A stretch of 64,000 bases of DNA. Source: an uncultured delta proteobacterium (lineage in GTDB: Bacteria; Desulfobacterota; Binatia; UBA9968). The position numbers were made by a program, and so were the translations under genes. Under the pieces are notes generated by a model, which saw nothing but the letters and a program-made list of their open reading frames with translations, was not told the DNA's origin and made no database searches. Shown here in pieces: positions 28,513 through 40,460 of the stretch; position 1 is the stretch's first letter, and each line of letters begins with the position of its first letter. The DNA is taken from contig CAVWLW010000065.1 of assembly GCA_963755715.1 (NCBI GenBank), positions 1 to 64,000 on the forward strand, in the 5' to 3' direction.

Positions 28513-30244
28513 ATGTCAAAGCATAAAAACAAAGCCAACTCCGGCTTGCGGAACTCGACGCTCAACCGGCGACAGTTCATCAAGCTAGCCGGCGTGTCGG
28601 CCGTCTCGGTCGGTGCGATGTCTTGGCCCCGGGCGCCGATCTTTGCCGCTCAACCGTCGCGCAAGCGAATCGTCATTCACGGCGAACGCCAGGTGACCAG
28701 TCTTGGATACCACAACCGGCGTGAAACCGAACATGTCTCGATGGTCGATGCCGGGCTCGTCGGACAAAACCCTGTGACGCTAGAGCGCGTGCCGATGCTC
28801 GCCGAAGAGTTGCCGTCGGTGAAAAAGGGCACCTGGAAAATCGACATGCAGAAAAAGACCATGGTCACGGTCTATAAACTCCGGCCCAATCTCAAGTGGC
28901 ATGACGGCAAGCCGTATACTTCGAAAGATTTCGAATTCGGCTGGCAGATCTCCAAACATCCCGGAATTTCCCATGCCCGATCGGCTCGTGCCGGAGTTGA
29001 TTTCTAAGATCGAAACGCCGGATGACCGCACGATCGTGATCCATTGGAACGATCTCTATAACGAGGCTTACGCAATCCAATATACCCACGTGCGCGCGTT
29101 TCCGCGTCATCTTTTGCTCGACGCGTTCAGCGGCGGCGACATGAAAGCATTCGCCAATCTGCCCTTCTGGAACAAAAACTTCATCGGCGCGGGCCCCTAT
29201 CGCGTCGCCGAGTGGGACGCCGGCACACGCATGGAGCTCGAAGCATTCAAAGATTTTCCCCTTGGCCAGCCGAAGATCGAGCGCATGACCTACAAAACGG
29301 TGGAAGACAGCAATACCAACCTCGCCGCCGTGCTCGCCGGCGAAGTGGATTTTTGCATGCGCAGCACGATTTCGTTCGACGGCGCGATGATTTTGCGTGA
29401 CCAATGGGAGAAGGCGGGGAAGGGAAAGATTTTGATTAGCCCAGCGTCCTGGACATGGCTGAGTCTCAGCCGCGACAATCCATTTTTCAGCGACGTCCGG
29501 GTACGGCGCGCACTGCTGCATGCGATCGATCGCGATGCGATGGTGCAAAATATTTTCAAGGGAGAAAAAGTGGTGTCCGATTTGCCGCTTTCCCGAGTGC
29601 GCAAGAGTTATAAAAAGGCGTTGGCCGCCTCGACCGTCTACAAATTCGACGCCGAGCGGGCAAAAAAGCTGATGGCGGAGGCGGGCTGGAAACCGGGAGC
29701 CGACGGGGTTCTCACCAATGCGAAAGGCGAGCGCATGGAATTCGAGTTTCGCGTCACCGCGGAGCGGCGCGATCACGAACAGGCGCAAGCGATCATCGCC
29801 GACTACTGGAAGAAGGTCGGTGTTCGGACCAACATCAAGAATATGCCGAACCGGCTGCTCAACAGCGCCGATAACCGCAACCGCTGGCCCGGCGCCTACA
29901 TCGGTTCGCATAACGTCACGGTTGAAGAGTGGCAGGAGCGTTTTCACAGCAAAAACATCCCGACGGCCGAAAATAAATATGCTCCCGAGAACGTGTCGGG
30001 CTGGAATGATCCAAAAAAAGACGCGATCTTGGACGAGCTCAGCTCGATCATTTCGCCCGCGCGCTCGGAGCAGTTGCAGATCGAATTTTGCAAGATGTTC
30101 AGCACGGCGCTGCCGCATCTGCCGCTAAGCTATTCACCCGAGGTGCTAGTCGTCAAAAAAGGTCTGACCGGCATCACGCCGCGGCAAGAGAGTGGTGGGC
30201 AGAACTCGAGCAGCTGGAACACGTATCAGTGGGACAAAGTTTAA
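28513..30244 (+). CDS. Peptide/nickel ABC substrate-binding protein with Tat signal (frameshift near 28965)
   Basis: NRRQFIK Tat motif, LRPNLKWHDG, GAGPY, DVRVRRAL..AIDR. Confidence 0.88.
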
Positions 30245-30252
30245 GAGAACAA

Positions 30253-30302
30253 ACGTTCCAGAAGTTCCAATCGTTCCAGCCGTTCAAAACGTCGAAAACG
30301 TC
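30253..30302. repeat. Short imperfect GTTCCA/GTTCAA tandem repeat
   Basis: ACGTTCCAG AAGTTCCAA TCGTTCCAG CCGTTCAAA...; 18-bp exact inverted match to 62056-62073. Confidence 0.7.
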
Positions 30303-30357
30303 GGGCGCGATTGATCACGCGTTAAATCTAGAGGCGTCTGCTAAAAAATAGAAAATC

Positions 30358-31329
30358 ATGCTTTTGTACGTGATTCGGCGACTCCTGCAGATCGTGCCAC
30401 TGTTGCTGGTTATCTCGGCCCTGATTTTCGCTCTGCTCTATGCGATGCCGGGTGATCCGCTTTATCGCATGCTGCAGGACATTCCGCATCTGCGGCCGGA
30501 GGATTATGAGCGTTTACGCAAGCTCTACGGTTTCGACGATCCTTTCTATGTGCAGTATTGGAAGTGGCTCTGGCAGTTGCTGCAATTGAACCCCGGCTAT
30601 TCGCGCGAGTACGGCCAGCCGGTTTTCGAAATTATCTGGCCGGCGCTCAAAAACACTCTGGTGTTGACGGTGTTGGCGGTAGTGATCGGCAAAACCATCG
30701 CCATTCTCCTGGGCATTTTTTCCGCCGTGCGCCAGTATTCGCTCGGCGACTATTTTTTAACCGGCGCCACTTTCATTGCCTACTCGGTTCCTGCTTTTTG
30801 GCTCGGTCTCATGTTGATCATCGTCTTCTCGGTCAAGCTCGGTTGGTTGCCGACCTCGGGTATTGTCAATGCTGATTTCACGCCGGGAAGTTGGGAGGCG
30901 ACCGTCGACTGGTTAAAGCATTTGATCTTGCCCGTCGCCGTGTTGGCGATTTCTGAAATTATTCAAGTGCAGCGCTTCATGCGCTCGAGCATGCTCGAAG
31001 TGCTGCGCCAGGATTATTTAACGACCGCGCGCGCTAAGGGATTGAGCGAAATCATCGTCGTCGGACGACATGCTTTAAAAAATGCGCTGATCCCAGTGGT
31101 CACTATTATCGCGGTCACGATGCCGCGCGTGGTCGGTGGCTCCACCGTCGTCGAAACTGTCTTTGCCTATCCCGGCATGGGACGGCTGCTTTACACTTCG
31201 ATCATGGGTAACGATTACGTCGTCGCGATGACTGTGGTCATGATCATCGCCGTGACCGTGGTGTTTTTTAATCTGCTCGCGGACATTATTTATGGCTGGC
31301 TCGATCCAAGAATTCGCTATCAGAGCTGA
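30358..31329 (+). CDS. Peptide ABC permease (DppB/OppB)
   Basis: PGDP, TARAKGLSE EAA loop, HALKNAL, DPRIR. Confidence 0.93.
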   Translation: MLLYVIRRLLQIVPLLLVISALIFALLYAMPGDPLYRMLQDIPHLRPEDYERLRKLYGFDDPFYVQYWKWLWQLLQLNPGYSREYGQPVFEIIWPALKNTLVLTVLAVVIGKTIAILLGIFSAVRQYSLGDYFLTGATFIAYSVPAFWLGLMLIIVFSVKLGWLPTSGIVNADFTPGSWEATVDWLKHLILPVAVLAISEIIQVQRFMRSSMLEVLRQDYLTTARAKGLSEIIVVGRHALKNALIPVVTIIAVTMPRVVGGSTVVETVFAYPGMGRLLYTSIMGNDYVVAMTVVMIIAVTVVFFNLLADIIYGWLDPRIRYQS

Positions 31330-32205
31330 AGCGGCGCCAGCGCCGACGTTGACCTCTGGCTATTGGCGCGTCGTTTGGCAGCGCTTTAAGCGCCACCGGA
31401 TCGCTTACGTCGGCTTTTTTTTCTTTGTTTTTTTGCTCTTTCTGGTTATTGCGGGACCGTACATGGCGCCTTACGAGCTCGATCAGATTTCCTTGTCCGA
31501 GCGCATGCAGATGCCGTCGCTCAAGCACTGGCTCGGCACGGATGAGTTGGGACGAGATACCTGGGTGCGCATCATGCACGGCGGGCGGGTTTCCCTCGCC
31601 GTCGGGCTCACGGTCGGCCTCAGCACGGTGATTCTTGGCGGTTTGATCGGCATCCTCGCCGGTTATGTCGGCGGCGTTTTGGACAACCTGCTCATGCGCC
31701 TGGTCGACACGATTTACACGATTCCGCGCATCGTGCTGTTGTTGGTTCTGTCGAAATTGGCCGGACCCGGGTTGCTCAATATCATCCTCATTCTCGTCGC
31801 GCTGGAATGGACCAACGCGGCGCGCCTGGCGCGCAGCGCGGTGTTATCATTTCGCGAGCAGGAATTCGTCCTCGCGGCGCAATGCTTGGGCGCTTCGCGC
31901 TGGCGCGATCATGCTGCGTCATCTGCTGCCGAATTCGCTTGCGCCGCTGATCGTCGCCGCGACTTTAGACGCCGGCGCGGCGATCCGCGCTGAAACGACG
32001 TTGAGTTTTCTCGGCCTGGGCATTCAGCCGCCGACGCCGAGCTGGGGCAACTTGCTCACCAACGCCGCGACCAATATCTTTCATCGCGCCGTTGCAAGTT
32101 TTTCTGCCTGGACTTTTTATTTTCTTTGCTTTGATGAGCTTCAATTTGCTCGGCGACGCGCTGCGCGATGCGTTGGACCCGCGCCTGGCCGAACGCGGCA
32201 AGTGA
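31292..32205 (+). CDS. Peptide ABC permease (DppC/OppC), frameshifted near 31905 and 32083
   Basis: [44 protein letters not shown]. Confidence 0.88.
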
Positions 32206-32228
32206 ACTCTCGTCGTGGCGCGTGGCAA

Positions 32229-33272
32229 TTATTGCTTCGCCGCGCCCAGGCTCTGCAAAAAACCCGACGTCTTGAGATAATCCGCGAAAGAGTTGTCGAA
32301 AAATTCTCCGGCGCGCGCGTCTTTGGCGCGCGGGAACTCTTTTTCATCCAGGTACATCAATTGGCCTTGTATCGGCTCGCTGTGCACCGCAAGGTTGGCG
32401 TCCCAGTAGGGCGCGAATTGCTCATAGGTGCCGTCGATGATGTTAGCGTCGTTGGTGTCGGTGAATTTGCCGATCGCCTTTTTCGCTACCGCGGGATTTT
32501 GCCGCGCCAGCATCGTCGCTTCGGCGGTGGCTTTCATAAAGGCGTAAAGCAAATTCGGGTTCGACTTGATGCTCTTTTCCGTGGTGCCGTAAGCGAGATG
32601 GAGGCCAGGTACGTTGATCTGCGCGATGTCGATCAATAGACTGAGTCCGGCGTCGCGCGCCTTCAAAGTATTCGGCGCTGAGAGAGTTCCGGCTGAAGTC
32701 TTGCCATTGATTATCGCGGTCAGAATGGCAGGGATACTTTGGACGTAGATAAAACTTACGTCTTTCTCCGAGATCACGCCGGTTTTCTTGATCGCTTCGC
32801 GCGCGGCGATCTCGGTCGACGTGCGCGGCGTCGTCACGGCGATGATTTTGCCTTTCAGGTCCGCGAGAGCGCCGACGCCCTTTGCGCCCCATAATTGAAA
32901 GATGAAGCGTTGCAGCGAGCCGCCGATGTACTTCACCGGAACGTTTTGCAGGCGCGCGTTGACGAGATCCGGGCCCGAAGAGATCACATCGACCTCGCCG
33001 GCGACCAGCGCTTGCAGCGCAACTTGCGAGTTGAGGAGTTTTAAACTCGCGTCCAGGCCGTGTTTTTTGAAAAGCCCGGCTTCCTGCGCCACCCACAGAG
33101 GGGTGAACGCGCCGCTCGCCTGTGTGTAAGAGACCGTGAAGTTGCTTTTTTCGGGCTTGCCGCCGAGCTGCGCACCGGCACGGGATGAAAGTGAAAAGAC
33201 GGCGAACACAAGCGCCAATGAAAACCAAAGTTGCCGGTATCGGCGCTCTTTGTTTCGTCCCATCGTGACCAT
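32229..33272 (-). CDS. ABC substrate-binding protein (NMT1/SsuA type)
   Basis: [25 protein letters not shown]. Confidence 0.88.
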   Translation of the reverse strand: MVTMGRNKERRYRQLWFSLALVFAVFSLSSRAGAQLGGKPEKSNFTVSYTQASGAFTPLWVAQEAGLFKKHGLDASLKLLNSQVALQALVAGEVDVISSGPDLVNARLQNVPVKYIGGSLQRFIFQLWGAKGVGALADLKGKIIAVTTPRTSTEIAAREAIKKTGVISEKDVSFIYVQSIPAILTAIINGKTSAGTLSAPNTLKARDAGLSLLIDIAQINVPGLHLAYGTTEKSIKSNPNLLYAFMKATAEATMLARQNPAVAKKAIGKFTDTNDANIIDGTYEQFAPYWDANLAVHSEPIQGQLMYLDEKEFPRAKDARAGEFFDNSFADYLKTSGFLQSLGAAKQ

Positions 33273-33407
33273 GGCTCACCTCCTGGTTGGCGTCTCGATA
33301 TCAGAAGAGCAAAGCTGGCGTCAAATGGCTCGTGCCTGGTGGATTTACCATTGAGAGGTGATTTTGATGATGGGCAGGAGCAGAGTGCCCAGCGCGCGAG
33401 AGTCAGT

Positions 33408-33439
33408 GGTTGACAGTCAACCGGTTCTCTCTGTAGATT
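33408..33439 (+). promoter_or_regulatory. Sigma70 promoter with overlapping palindromic operator (Rieske gene)
   Basis: TTGACA-N18-TAGATT; the GGTTGAC-A-GTCAACC palindrome at 33408-33422 covers the -35. Confidence 0.55.
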
Positions 33440-33488
33440 TTCTTGAGAATTCGCGATCTGAGCGCAAACGCGACGGAGGAAGCACAAA

Positions 33489-34805
33489 ATGGCAGAAACC
33501 AAAGCAGAGAACGCAGGGCAGAGCGCCTATCAAAAATTGCTCGATGATTTGCCGCGCACCGGGCCGGGGACTCGCGGCGGTGAGATGCTCAGGCGCTATT
33601 GGCATCCGGTGTGTTTGTCCTCGAGCCTCAGCGACATTCCCATTGCAGTTCGGATGCTTTGCGAAGATTTGGTTGTGTTTCGCGATGGCCAAGGACGGCC
33701 CGGTTTGTTGGGCATCCGCTGTCCGCATCGTTTGGCGTCGTTGGAGTATGGCCAGGTGCAAGAAGACGGGCTGATGTGTTCCTATCATGGCTGGAGATAC
33801 GACGTGAAAGGGCGGTGCATCGACCAGCCGTTGGAGCCGCGCGACAGCACTCTCAAAAACAACATCCGCCATCTCTGGTATCCGATCGAAGAGTGGGGCG
33901 GTGTGATCTGGACCTACATGGGACCGGAAAAAGAAAATCCGCCGCCGCTGTCGAAGATCGACGTGCTGGCGCGCACCGATGGCGAACTGAAGCTTGTCGA
34001 CGGCGACGTGCGCAATTACAACTATCTCAACTGGATGGAAAACTTCGCCGACATGGGGCACGCGACGGTGCTGCACGGACTAGTCGTGCGCGATCTACCG
34101 GAAGCGCTCAAACCGTACAACGACTGCAGTATTAAAAACTGGACGCCGCTGCCGCTGGAGCACGTCGAGACCGACTACGGCATGAAGACGGTATCCGTGC
34201 TCGACACCGGCGACCCGGAAATTAAGTTCGTTAATACTTGGGCGCTGGCGATGCCGATTCACTGGAGATTCTCAGGTCTCCGATCCGGTTTTCCCCCCGA
34301 TTTTACGGACGAACGCCAAGAAGGCGGCGGTATGATTCGCATCATCGATGACACGCACTTCGAGCTGATTCGTTACAGCCTCACGCGCAAGGGAAATTTC
34401 ACGGGCGGCTGGCTGTTCGGCTTGCCAAGCGACCTGAAAGGCACGGCCGAGCAAAAGGCGCACGACAAGCGAAAATATAAAGGTTGGGAGGGAATACCTG
34501 CGTTAGAAGATCTCGTGTTGCAGGAATCGCAAGGCGAGATTCCCGATCGTCGACTCGAGCATCTGGCCAGCTCGGATCGCGGCGTCATCATGTTGCGCAG
34601 AATCTGGCACAAGGCGATGGCAGATGTCGCCGCCGGTAAAGACCCGAAAGGCGTAAGTCGCGGGGTCAATGGCATGCTCGAAGTGGATACCTTTCACGGC
34701 CACGTCAAGGCGAGCGAGCTAAAGATCGGTCCCGAGAACATGCCGTCTTCGACGGACGGCAGAGGACTGATTCGCGATAAGAACGGCGATCTGGTTTTTG
34801 CGTGA
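33489..34805 (+). CDS. Rieske non-heme iron oxygenase (phthalate 4,5-dioxygenase-like)
   Basis: LRRYWHPV, CPHR...CSYHGW, ENFADMGHATVLH, EHLASSDRG. Confidence 0.92.
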   Translation: MAETKAENAGQSAYQKLLDDLPRTGPGTRGGEMLRRYWHPVCLSSSLSDIPIAVRMLCEDLVVFRDGQGRPGLLGIRCPHRLASLEYGQVQEDGLMCSYHGWRYDVKGRCIDQPLEPRDSTLKNNIRHLWYPIEEWGGVIWTYMGPEKENPPPLSKIDVLARTDGELKLVDGDVRNYNYLNWMENFADMGHATVLHGLVVRDLPEALKPYNDCSIKNWTPLPLEHVETDYGMKTVSVLDTGDPEIKFVNTWALAMPIHWRFSGLRSGFPPDFTDERQEGGGMIRIIDDTHFELIRYSLTRKGNFTGGWLFGLPSDLKGTAEQKAHDKRKYKGWEGIPALEDLVLQESQGEIPDRRLEHLASSDRGVIMLRRIWHKAMADVAAGKDPKGVSRGVNGMLEVDTFHGHVKASELKIGPENMPSSTDGRGLIRDKNGDLVFA

Positions 34806-34850
34806 GAAAATAATCAAGCCGCACGGATCAAGATCGGCCGCGACTGCGGT

Positions 34851-35987
34851 TCACTTCTTGTAACTGATTCGATAGATAGCGCCGGCTTCATCATCGGAGA
34901 CGAGCAAGGCGCCGTCGGGCATAACGACCACATCGACGGGCCTGCCCCAAGCTCGGCTTCCTTGCAGCCATCCTTCGGCGAAAGTCTTGTACGATACGGC
35001 TCGGTTACCTTGTAGCTGCACAAGGGTGACGCGATAGCCGATCGGCGTGCTGCGATTCCATGAGCCATGCTCGGCGATGAAGATCTGGTTTTTATATTCC
35101 GACGGAAACATCGAACCGGTGTAAAATCGCATGCCCAGCGCGGCGACGTGCGGACCGAGCTTTTGCGCCGGCGCGGTAAATTCGCTGCAGGGACGCTTCT
35201 TGCCGAACTCAGGATCGGGGATATCGCCGCCATGACAGTAGGGGTAGCCGAAATGCAGCCCCGGCTTCGGCGCATGATTCAATTCATCCGGCGGAACGTC
35301 GTCTCCCTGCCGATCCCGTCCGTTGTCGGTGAACCAAAGCTCCTTGGTCTGTGGATGCCAATCAAAACCGACCGTATTGCGAATGCCGCGGGCAAACACT
35401 TCGACACCGCTGCCGTCGGCTTTCATGCGTTTGATTAGCGCATAGCGATCCGCATCGGGCTCGCAAATATTGCACGGCGCGCCGACCGGTATATAAAGCC
35501 GCTCGTCCGGACCAAAAGCGATAAATTTCCAGCCGTGTTGCCGATCGGCTAGGAAAACTATTGTTGACCGACGACAGGTTTGGGGACATCGTTCAGCCGA
35601 GATTCGATGCCATCGTAGCGCAGCACTCGACTGATTTCCGCGACGTAAAGCGCGCCATCTCTGAATGCCACACCGTTGGGCGTATTGAGTCCCTGGGCGA
35701 GCACCATCGGTTTTTTGTTCTGCTCGCCGCCGCGCGTTTGAATCGCATATACCTTGCCTGCTTTTTGAGTGCCGATGAATAGCGTGCCGCTCGGACTAAG
35801 AGCTCATGGATCGAGCACCAGGTACTTCGGCATACAGGCTGATCTCGAAGCCGGGCGGCAATTGAATTTTGTCCAAAGGAAGTTTTTCGGCGCCAATCGA
35901 ATCAGCCTTCATCCACAACAGAATCGAAACGAACCAAGACGGCGACGCCAAAATGCGGACAACGTAAACTTGTTTGTTTTCATTCAT
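34851..35987 (-). CDS. PQQ-dependent sugar/sorbosone dehydrogenase (multiple frameshifts)
   Basis: LPPGFEI, HGWKFIAFGPD.RLYIPVGAPCNIC, GIRNTVGFDWHP, GRPVDV..PDGALLVSDD. Confidence 0.85.
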
Positions 35988-36034
35988 TTCTCTCCGGCCG
36001 AGGATCATTAAAAATTCAAACCGCTGGAGCGAAC

Positions 36035-36051
36035 CGCAACCCGCATGCCAA
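36035..36051 (-). promoter_or_regulatory. Sigma54 -24/-12 promoter
   Basis: TTGGCATG-CGGG-TTGCG on the minus strand, upstream of the PQQ dehydrogenase. Confidence 0.6.
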
Positions 36052-36180
36052 GAAGCTGATTGCCGTACGTATATCGCAACTGATGGAAAATTCTGGCTAT
36101 CGATTTGTACTGACTAAAAGCACGTCCCAAATTCGCGACAGACTAGCGCGCAAAAATCTCTGCATATTGAAATTCTCTGT

Positions 36181-36843
36181 CTAACTCAATGGCGATTCGG
36201 CGTAGTGGTCGAGTAAATCGGCGGGATCGCGGTACACAACGACGCAACCCGCCTGGCGCAATTCTGCTTCTTGCCAGCCGCCGCAGAGTAAACCGACGGT
36301 GGTTAGATTTACCTTGGCCGCCGCCTCGACATCGTAAGGCGTGTCGCCGACGACCATGACTTCTTTGGCTGCTATCCCAGCCAACTTCTTCAGCGCTGCT
36401 TCAAAGATATCCGCATGGGGTTTGGATCGCTCGGCATCGTCGGACGAGGTTTCAGCGTCGACCAGATCATCGATCCGTGCGATTTTCTTGTAACTAGCGA
36501 GCTCATCTTCCTTAGCCGAAGACGCGAGCGCGATGCGCTTGCCGCCGTGTCGGATCCGCTCGAAAAGCTCGCGCACTTTTGGGAATGCTACGACGCGCGG
36601 CATATATTGTTTTTTAAAAAGCGCGCCACGATACTTGTCCAATATGGCGCCGAACTCATCGAGCTCACGCTTGGAGAAAAAAACCGGCAGCAACTGATCG
36701 GCGCCTTTGCCGATCTGTCTGCGTAGTGCCTCCAGGTCGACTTCTTTGCCGAATTTCTTGAACGCTTCTTGCCATGCTTCGGCGTGTAGATCCACCGAAT
36801 CGACAATCGTTCCATCGACATCGAATACGACTGCTTTGATCAT
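36181..36843 (-). CDS. HAD-superfamily hydrolase
   Basis: FDVDGT, KPHAD, VGDTPYD. Confidence 0.92.
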   Translation of the reverse strand: MIKAVVFDVDGTIVDSVDLHAEAWQEAFKKFGKEVDLEALRRQIGKGADQLLPVFFSKRELDEFGAILDKYRGALFKKQYMPRVVAFPKVRELFERIRHGGKRIALASSAKEDELASYKKIARIDDLVDAETSSDDAERSKPHADIFEAALKKLAGIAAKEVMVVGDTPYDVEAAAKVNLTTVGLLCGGWQEAELRQAGCVVVYRDPADLLDHYAESPLS

Positions 36844-36909
36844 ATTTCTTGTTCCTCAGCGGAATGAGAGAGCAAACGATAGACCAAACGCCGCGGTGTG
36901 AGTCGGGTG

Positions 36910-36925
36910 TGGCATTCGAATTGCT
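36910..36925 (+). promoter_or_regulatory. Sigma54 -24/-12 promoter
   Basis: TGGCATT-CGAA-TTGCT. Confidence 0.6.
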
Positions 36926-36941
36926 GTCCCGCATCATCATC

Positions 36942-37451
36942 ATGATTCGAAAGCTATTGAGGGCTCTAGTCCGACGACCTACGGTAGGGGGCATTGTTTT
37001 TCTTGCAGCCATGCTGTCGGCAAATGCCATCACGAGCGCGGAACCTGTCGGGAAAAATCCCGACAATCATGAGTCGCTTTCGAAGATTGTCGAAAGCCTC
37101 AAGTCGGCCTGGAATAAAAATGATGCGGATCGCATCGCCGAACTTTTTCTTCCCGATGCAATTTTGGTGTTGCCCACCGGCTCTGTCACCCGCTCCCGTT
37201 CCGAAATCAGGCAGCGCGTTATCGCCGAATGGCGCGGTAAGTTGAAAGACTCTCAATTGAGCTATGCCGTGGAAGATGTTTCCCTGCTGGATAACGATAC
37301 CGCGGTTGTCACCGGAAAGTATCGGTTAAGCGGAGTGAAGATCCTTGGCTTTGATCAAGCGCCGGAAGGACCTTTCATCTTCCGCCACAAGAAACAGCGC
37401 GGTCGCTGGATGATCTCGAAAGCGGAGATTCTTGGCCATAAGGCGAAATAG
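36942..37451 (+). CDS. Secreted SnoaL-like/DUF4440 (NTF2 fold) protein
   Basis: Signal peptide, AWNKNDADRIAELF.PDA, KKQRGRWMI. Confidence 0.8.
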   Translation: MIRKLLRALVRRPTVGGIVFLAAMLSANAITSAEPVGKNPDNHESLSKIVESLKSAWNKNDADRIAELFLPDAILVLPTGSVTRSRSEIRQRVIAEWRGKLKDSQLSYAVEDVSLLDNDTAVVTGKYRLSGVKILGFDQAPEGPFIFRHKKQRGRWMISKAEILGHKAK

Positions 37452-37487
37452 ACATAGATCGAGGTCCAAAGAGATAAACACAGGTTG

Positions 37488-37779
37488 GTGAAAATCAAAG
37501 CCCTGAAGAATTGGCCACCTCAGGAGTGGAGATCTGAGGCGCAGACTCTCGCCCCGGAAAATGCCCTCGATGCCGCGGACGTGAGCGCCTCGGTTGAAGT
37601 AAACCAGCCCGGCGTGCTTATTTTATCCGTCACCCATAATGACCATTCGTTACGGCGCTTCACTTTCCCTTCTGGCGCAACTTGCGACTAAGGTCGCGCT
37701 CATCATCAGCGGCGTCAGCCCAAACAAGCCGCTGCGGGAAATCGGCGAGCTGGAAATGGATTCCGAGTTGTCCCAATAA
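37488..37779 (+). CDS. Hypothetical protein (frameshift near 37650)
   Basis: MKIKALKNWPPQEW... continues in another frame to ...KPLREIGELEMDSELSQ*. Confidence 0.45.
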
Positions 37780-37848
37780 TTCCCTACGCTCTAGCAAGGT
37801 CCGGGCGTTTAGGTATCATCGAGCAATCCTAGGAAAAGGGGGCGAGAC

Positions 37849-38808
<960 letters not shown>

Positions 38809-38864
38809 GGAATCTCGCACCAAGGTCGATATTCGTTCAGGCAACACAACATTCTCTCGTGAAT

Positions 38865-40196
38865 CTAGCGTGCCGCCTGGGTTCGGCCGATTTTCTGGCA
38901 ATTTTCCAATTCCCGGAGTTTTTTTGTTAGAAACGTTTGTTCCGACTCGATCGTGACCAGCTCCAGGGCTTGACGAAAATAATTGGCCGCAGCCTCGCGA
39001 TTGTCCAGACGCGTTTCGAACTCACCCAGAGTCGCATAGAGCAGATAATAAGAGTTCAACTGCTCCCGTTTGTGGATCGCTTCGATCGCTTCGATGCCGG
39101 TTCGCGGACCGTGAACGGCGGCCACGGCCACGGCGCGATTGAGCGCCACCACGGGAGAATCGTCGATCTCGATCAAGCGGTCGTAGAGCGACAGGATACG
39201 CGGCCAATCCGTGGATTCGTAATCCTGCGCCGCGCAGTGGCAGGCGGTGATGGCGGCTTGAAGATGATACTCGCTGGCTTCGTCGCCGGCGGTAGATTGC
39301 ATCAGGTGATAGAAGCCGCGCGCGATCAACGACTGATCCCATTGTGAGCGGTTCTGCTCCTCGAGGCGAAGAATGTTTCCTTCGGCGTCCACTCGCGCCG
39401 GCAGGCGCGCGCCGTTCAAGAGCATCAGCGCCAGGAGCGCGTGCGAACGCGGTTGATTACCCGCGGGGTGTTCGGCTACCAACGCTGTCAGCCGTATCGC
39501 TTCATGACAAAGTTCGGCCCGGATCAAATGCTCGCCGCCTGAAGCTTTGTAACCTTCGTTGAAAAGTAGGTAAAGCGTTTGCAGCACGCCGTCCAAGCGC
39601 CGGGTCAGTTCTTCCCCGCTAGGAATTTCGAAAGCAATGCGCGCGTCACGGATTTTTTGCTTCGCCCGCGTCAACCGCTTGGCGATCGCCGCTTCAGAGG
39701 TGAGAAACGCCCGCGCGATTTCTCCGGGACTGAAACCGCAAAGGGTTTTGAGCGCGAGCGCGACCTGCATCTCCTGCGGAATGAGCGAATGGCAACACGT
39801 AAACATCATGCGCAAGCGGTCGTCTTTGATTTGATTTTCGGCAGTCGTGGAGCCTTCGTCGGTGGCGTCTTCGGAGACTTGCTCCATTAAGTGGGCGATT
39901 TCGGCTTCCTTGTTGCGGAAAACTTTATCGCGCCGGATGAGATCGAGGGCCAGATTTTTTGCCACCTGGGTGATCCAAGCGGAAGGATTTCTCGGGATGC
40001 CGTAGTAGGGCCAAGTCTGTAACGCCCGCGCCAACGTTTCTTGCACCACGTCCTCGGCACGGTTCAGGTGCTCGATTCCGAAAATCCGCGTCAAGGTCGA
40101 GATTATCTTTCCCGCCTCGTGACGGAAAAAATGCTCCACCACCTGAGTAACTTCCCCAGGTGGCGCAACCGGAGCCGTGGTTTCAGAAATCGTCAT
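38865..40196 (-). CDS. ECF sigma factor with C-terminal TPR extension (ECF42-type), copy 1
   Basis: AEDVVQE, PSAWI, DDRLRMMFTCCH, YLLFNEGY, SPVVALNRAVA. Confidence 0.92.
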   Translation of the reverse strand: MTISETTAPVAPPGEVTQVVEHFFRHEAGKIISTLTRIFGIEHLNRAEDVVQETLARALQTWPYYGIPRNPSAWITQVAKNLALDLIRRDKVFRNKEAEIAHLMEQVSEDATDEGSTTAENQIKDDRLRMMFTCCHSLIPQEMQVALALKTLCGFSPGEIARAFLTSEAAIAKRLTRAKQKIRDARIAFEIPSGEELTRRLDGVLQTLYLLFNEGYKASGGEHLIRAELCHEAIRLTALVAEHPAGNQPRSHALLALMLLNGARLPARVDAEGNILRLEEQNRSQWDQSLIARGFYHLMQSTAGDEASEYHLQAAITACHCAAQDYESTDWPRILSLYDRLIEIDDSPVVALNRAVAVAAVHGPRTGIEAIEAIHKREQLNSYYLLYATLGEFETRLDNREAAANYFRQALELVTIESEQTFLTKKLRELENCQKIGRTQAAR

Positions 40197-40253
40197 TGTC
40201 GAAGATCGGTTTCGCGAACGCGTTTGTAGACGATGTTAGAATTTGTTCCTATT

Positions 40254-40433
40254 TTATTCTTGCTCGTATGCTCGCTTTAGACCTGCTATGTCGAGTTTAT
40301 TCATTTGCATCATGGCGTTCATGACTCTTGTCGATTTGCCTGGATCCTTGTCGTGTAACAAAAATAGAGGTTAAAAATTCGCCGCCTCTTCGGCTTTGCC
40401 ATCGAACCACAAGAATGGGGTGATTTTCTGCAT
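40254..40433 (-). pseudogene. Internally deleted VOC (3-demethylubiquinone-9 methyltransferase/PhnB-like) remnant
   Basis: [20 protein letters not shown] joined to [34 protein letters not shown]; matches both ends of 56593-57066. Confidence 0.88.
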
Positions 40434-40460
40434 AACTTTTTAATCCTGCTGACCGGAAGA

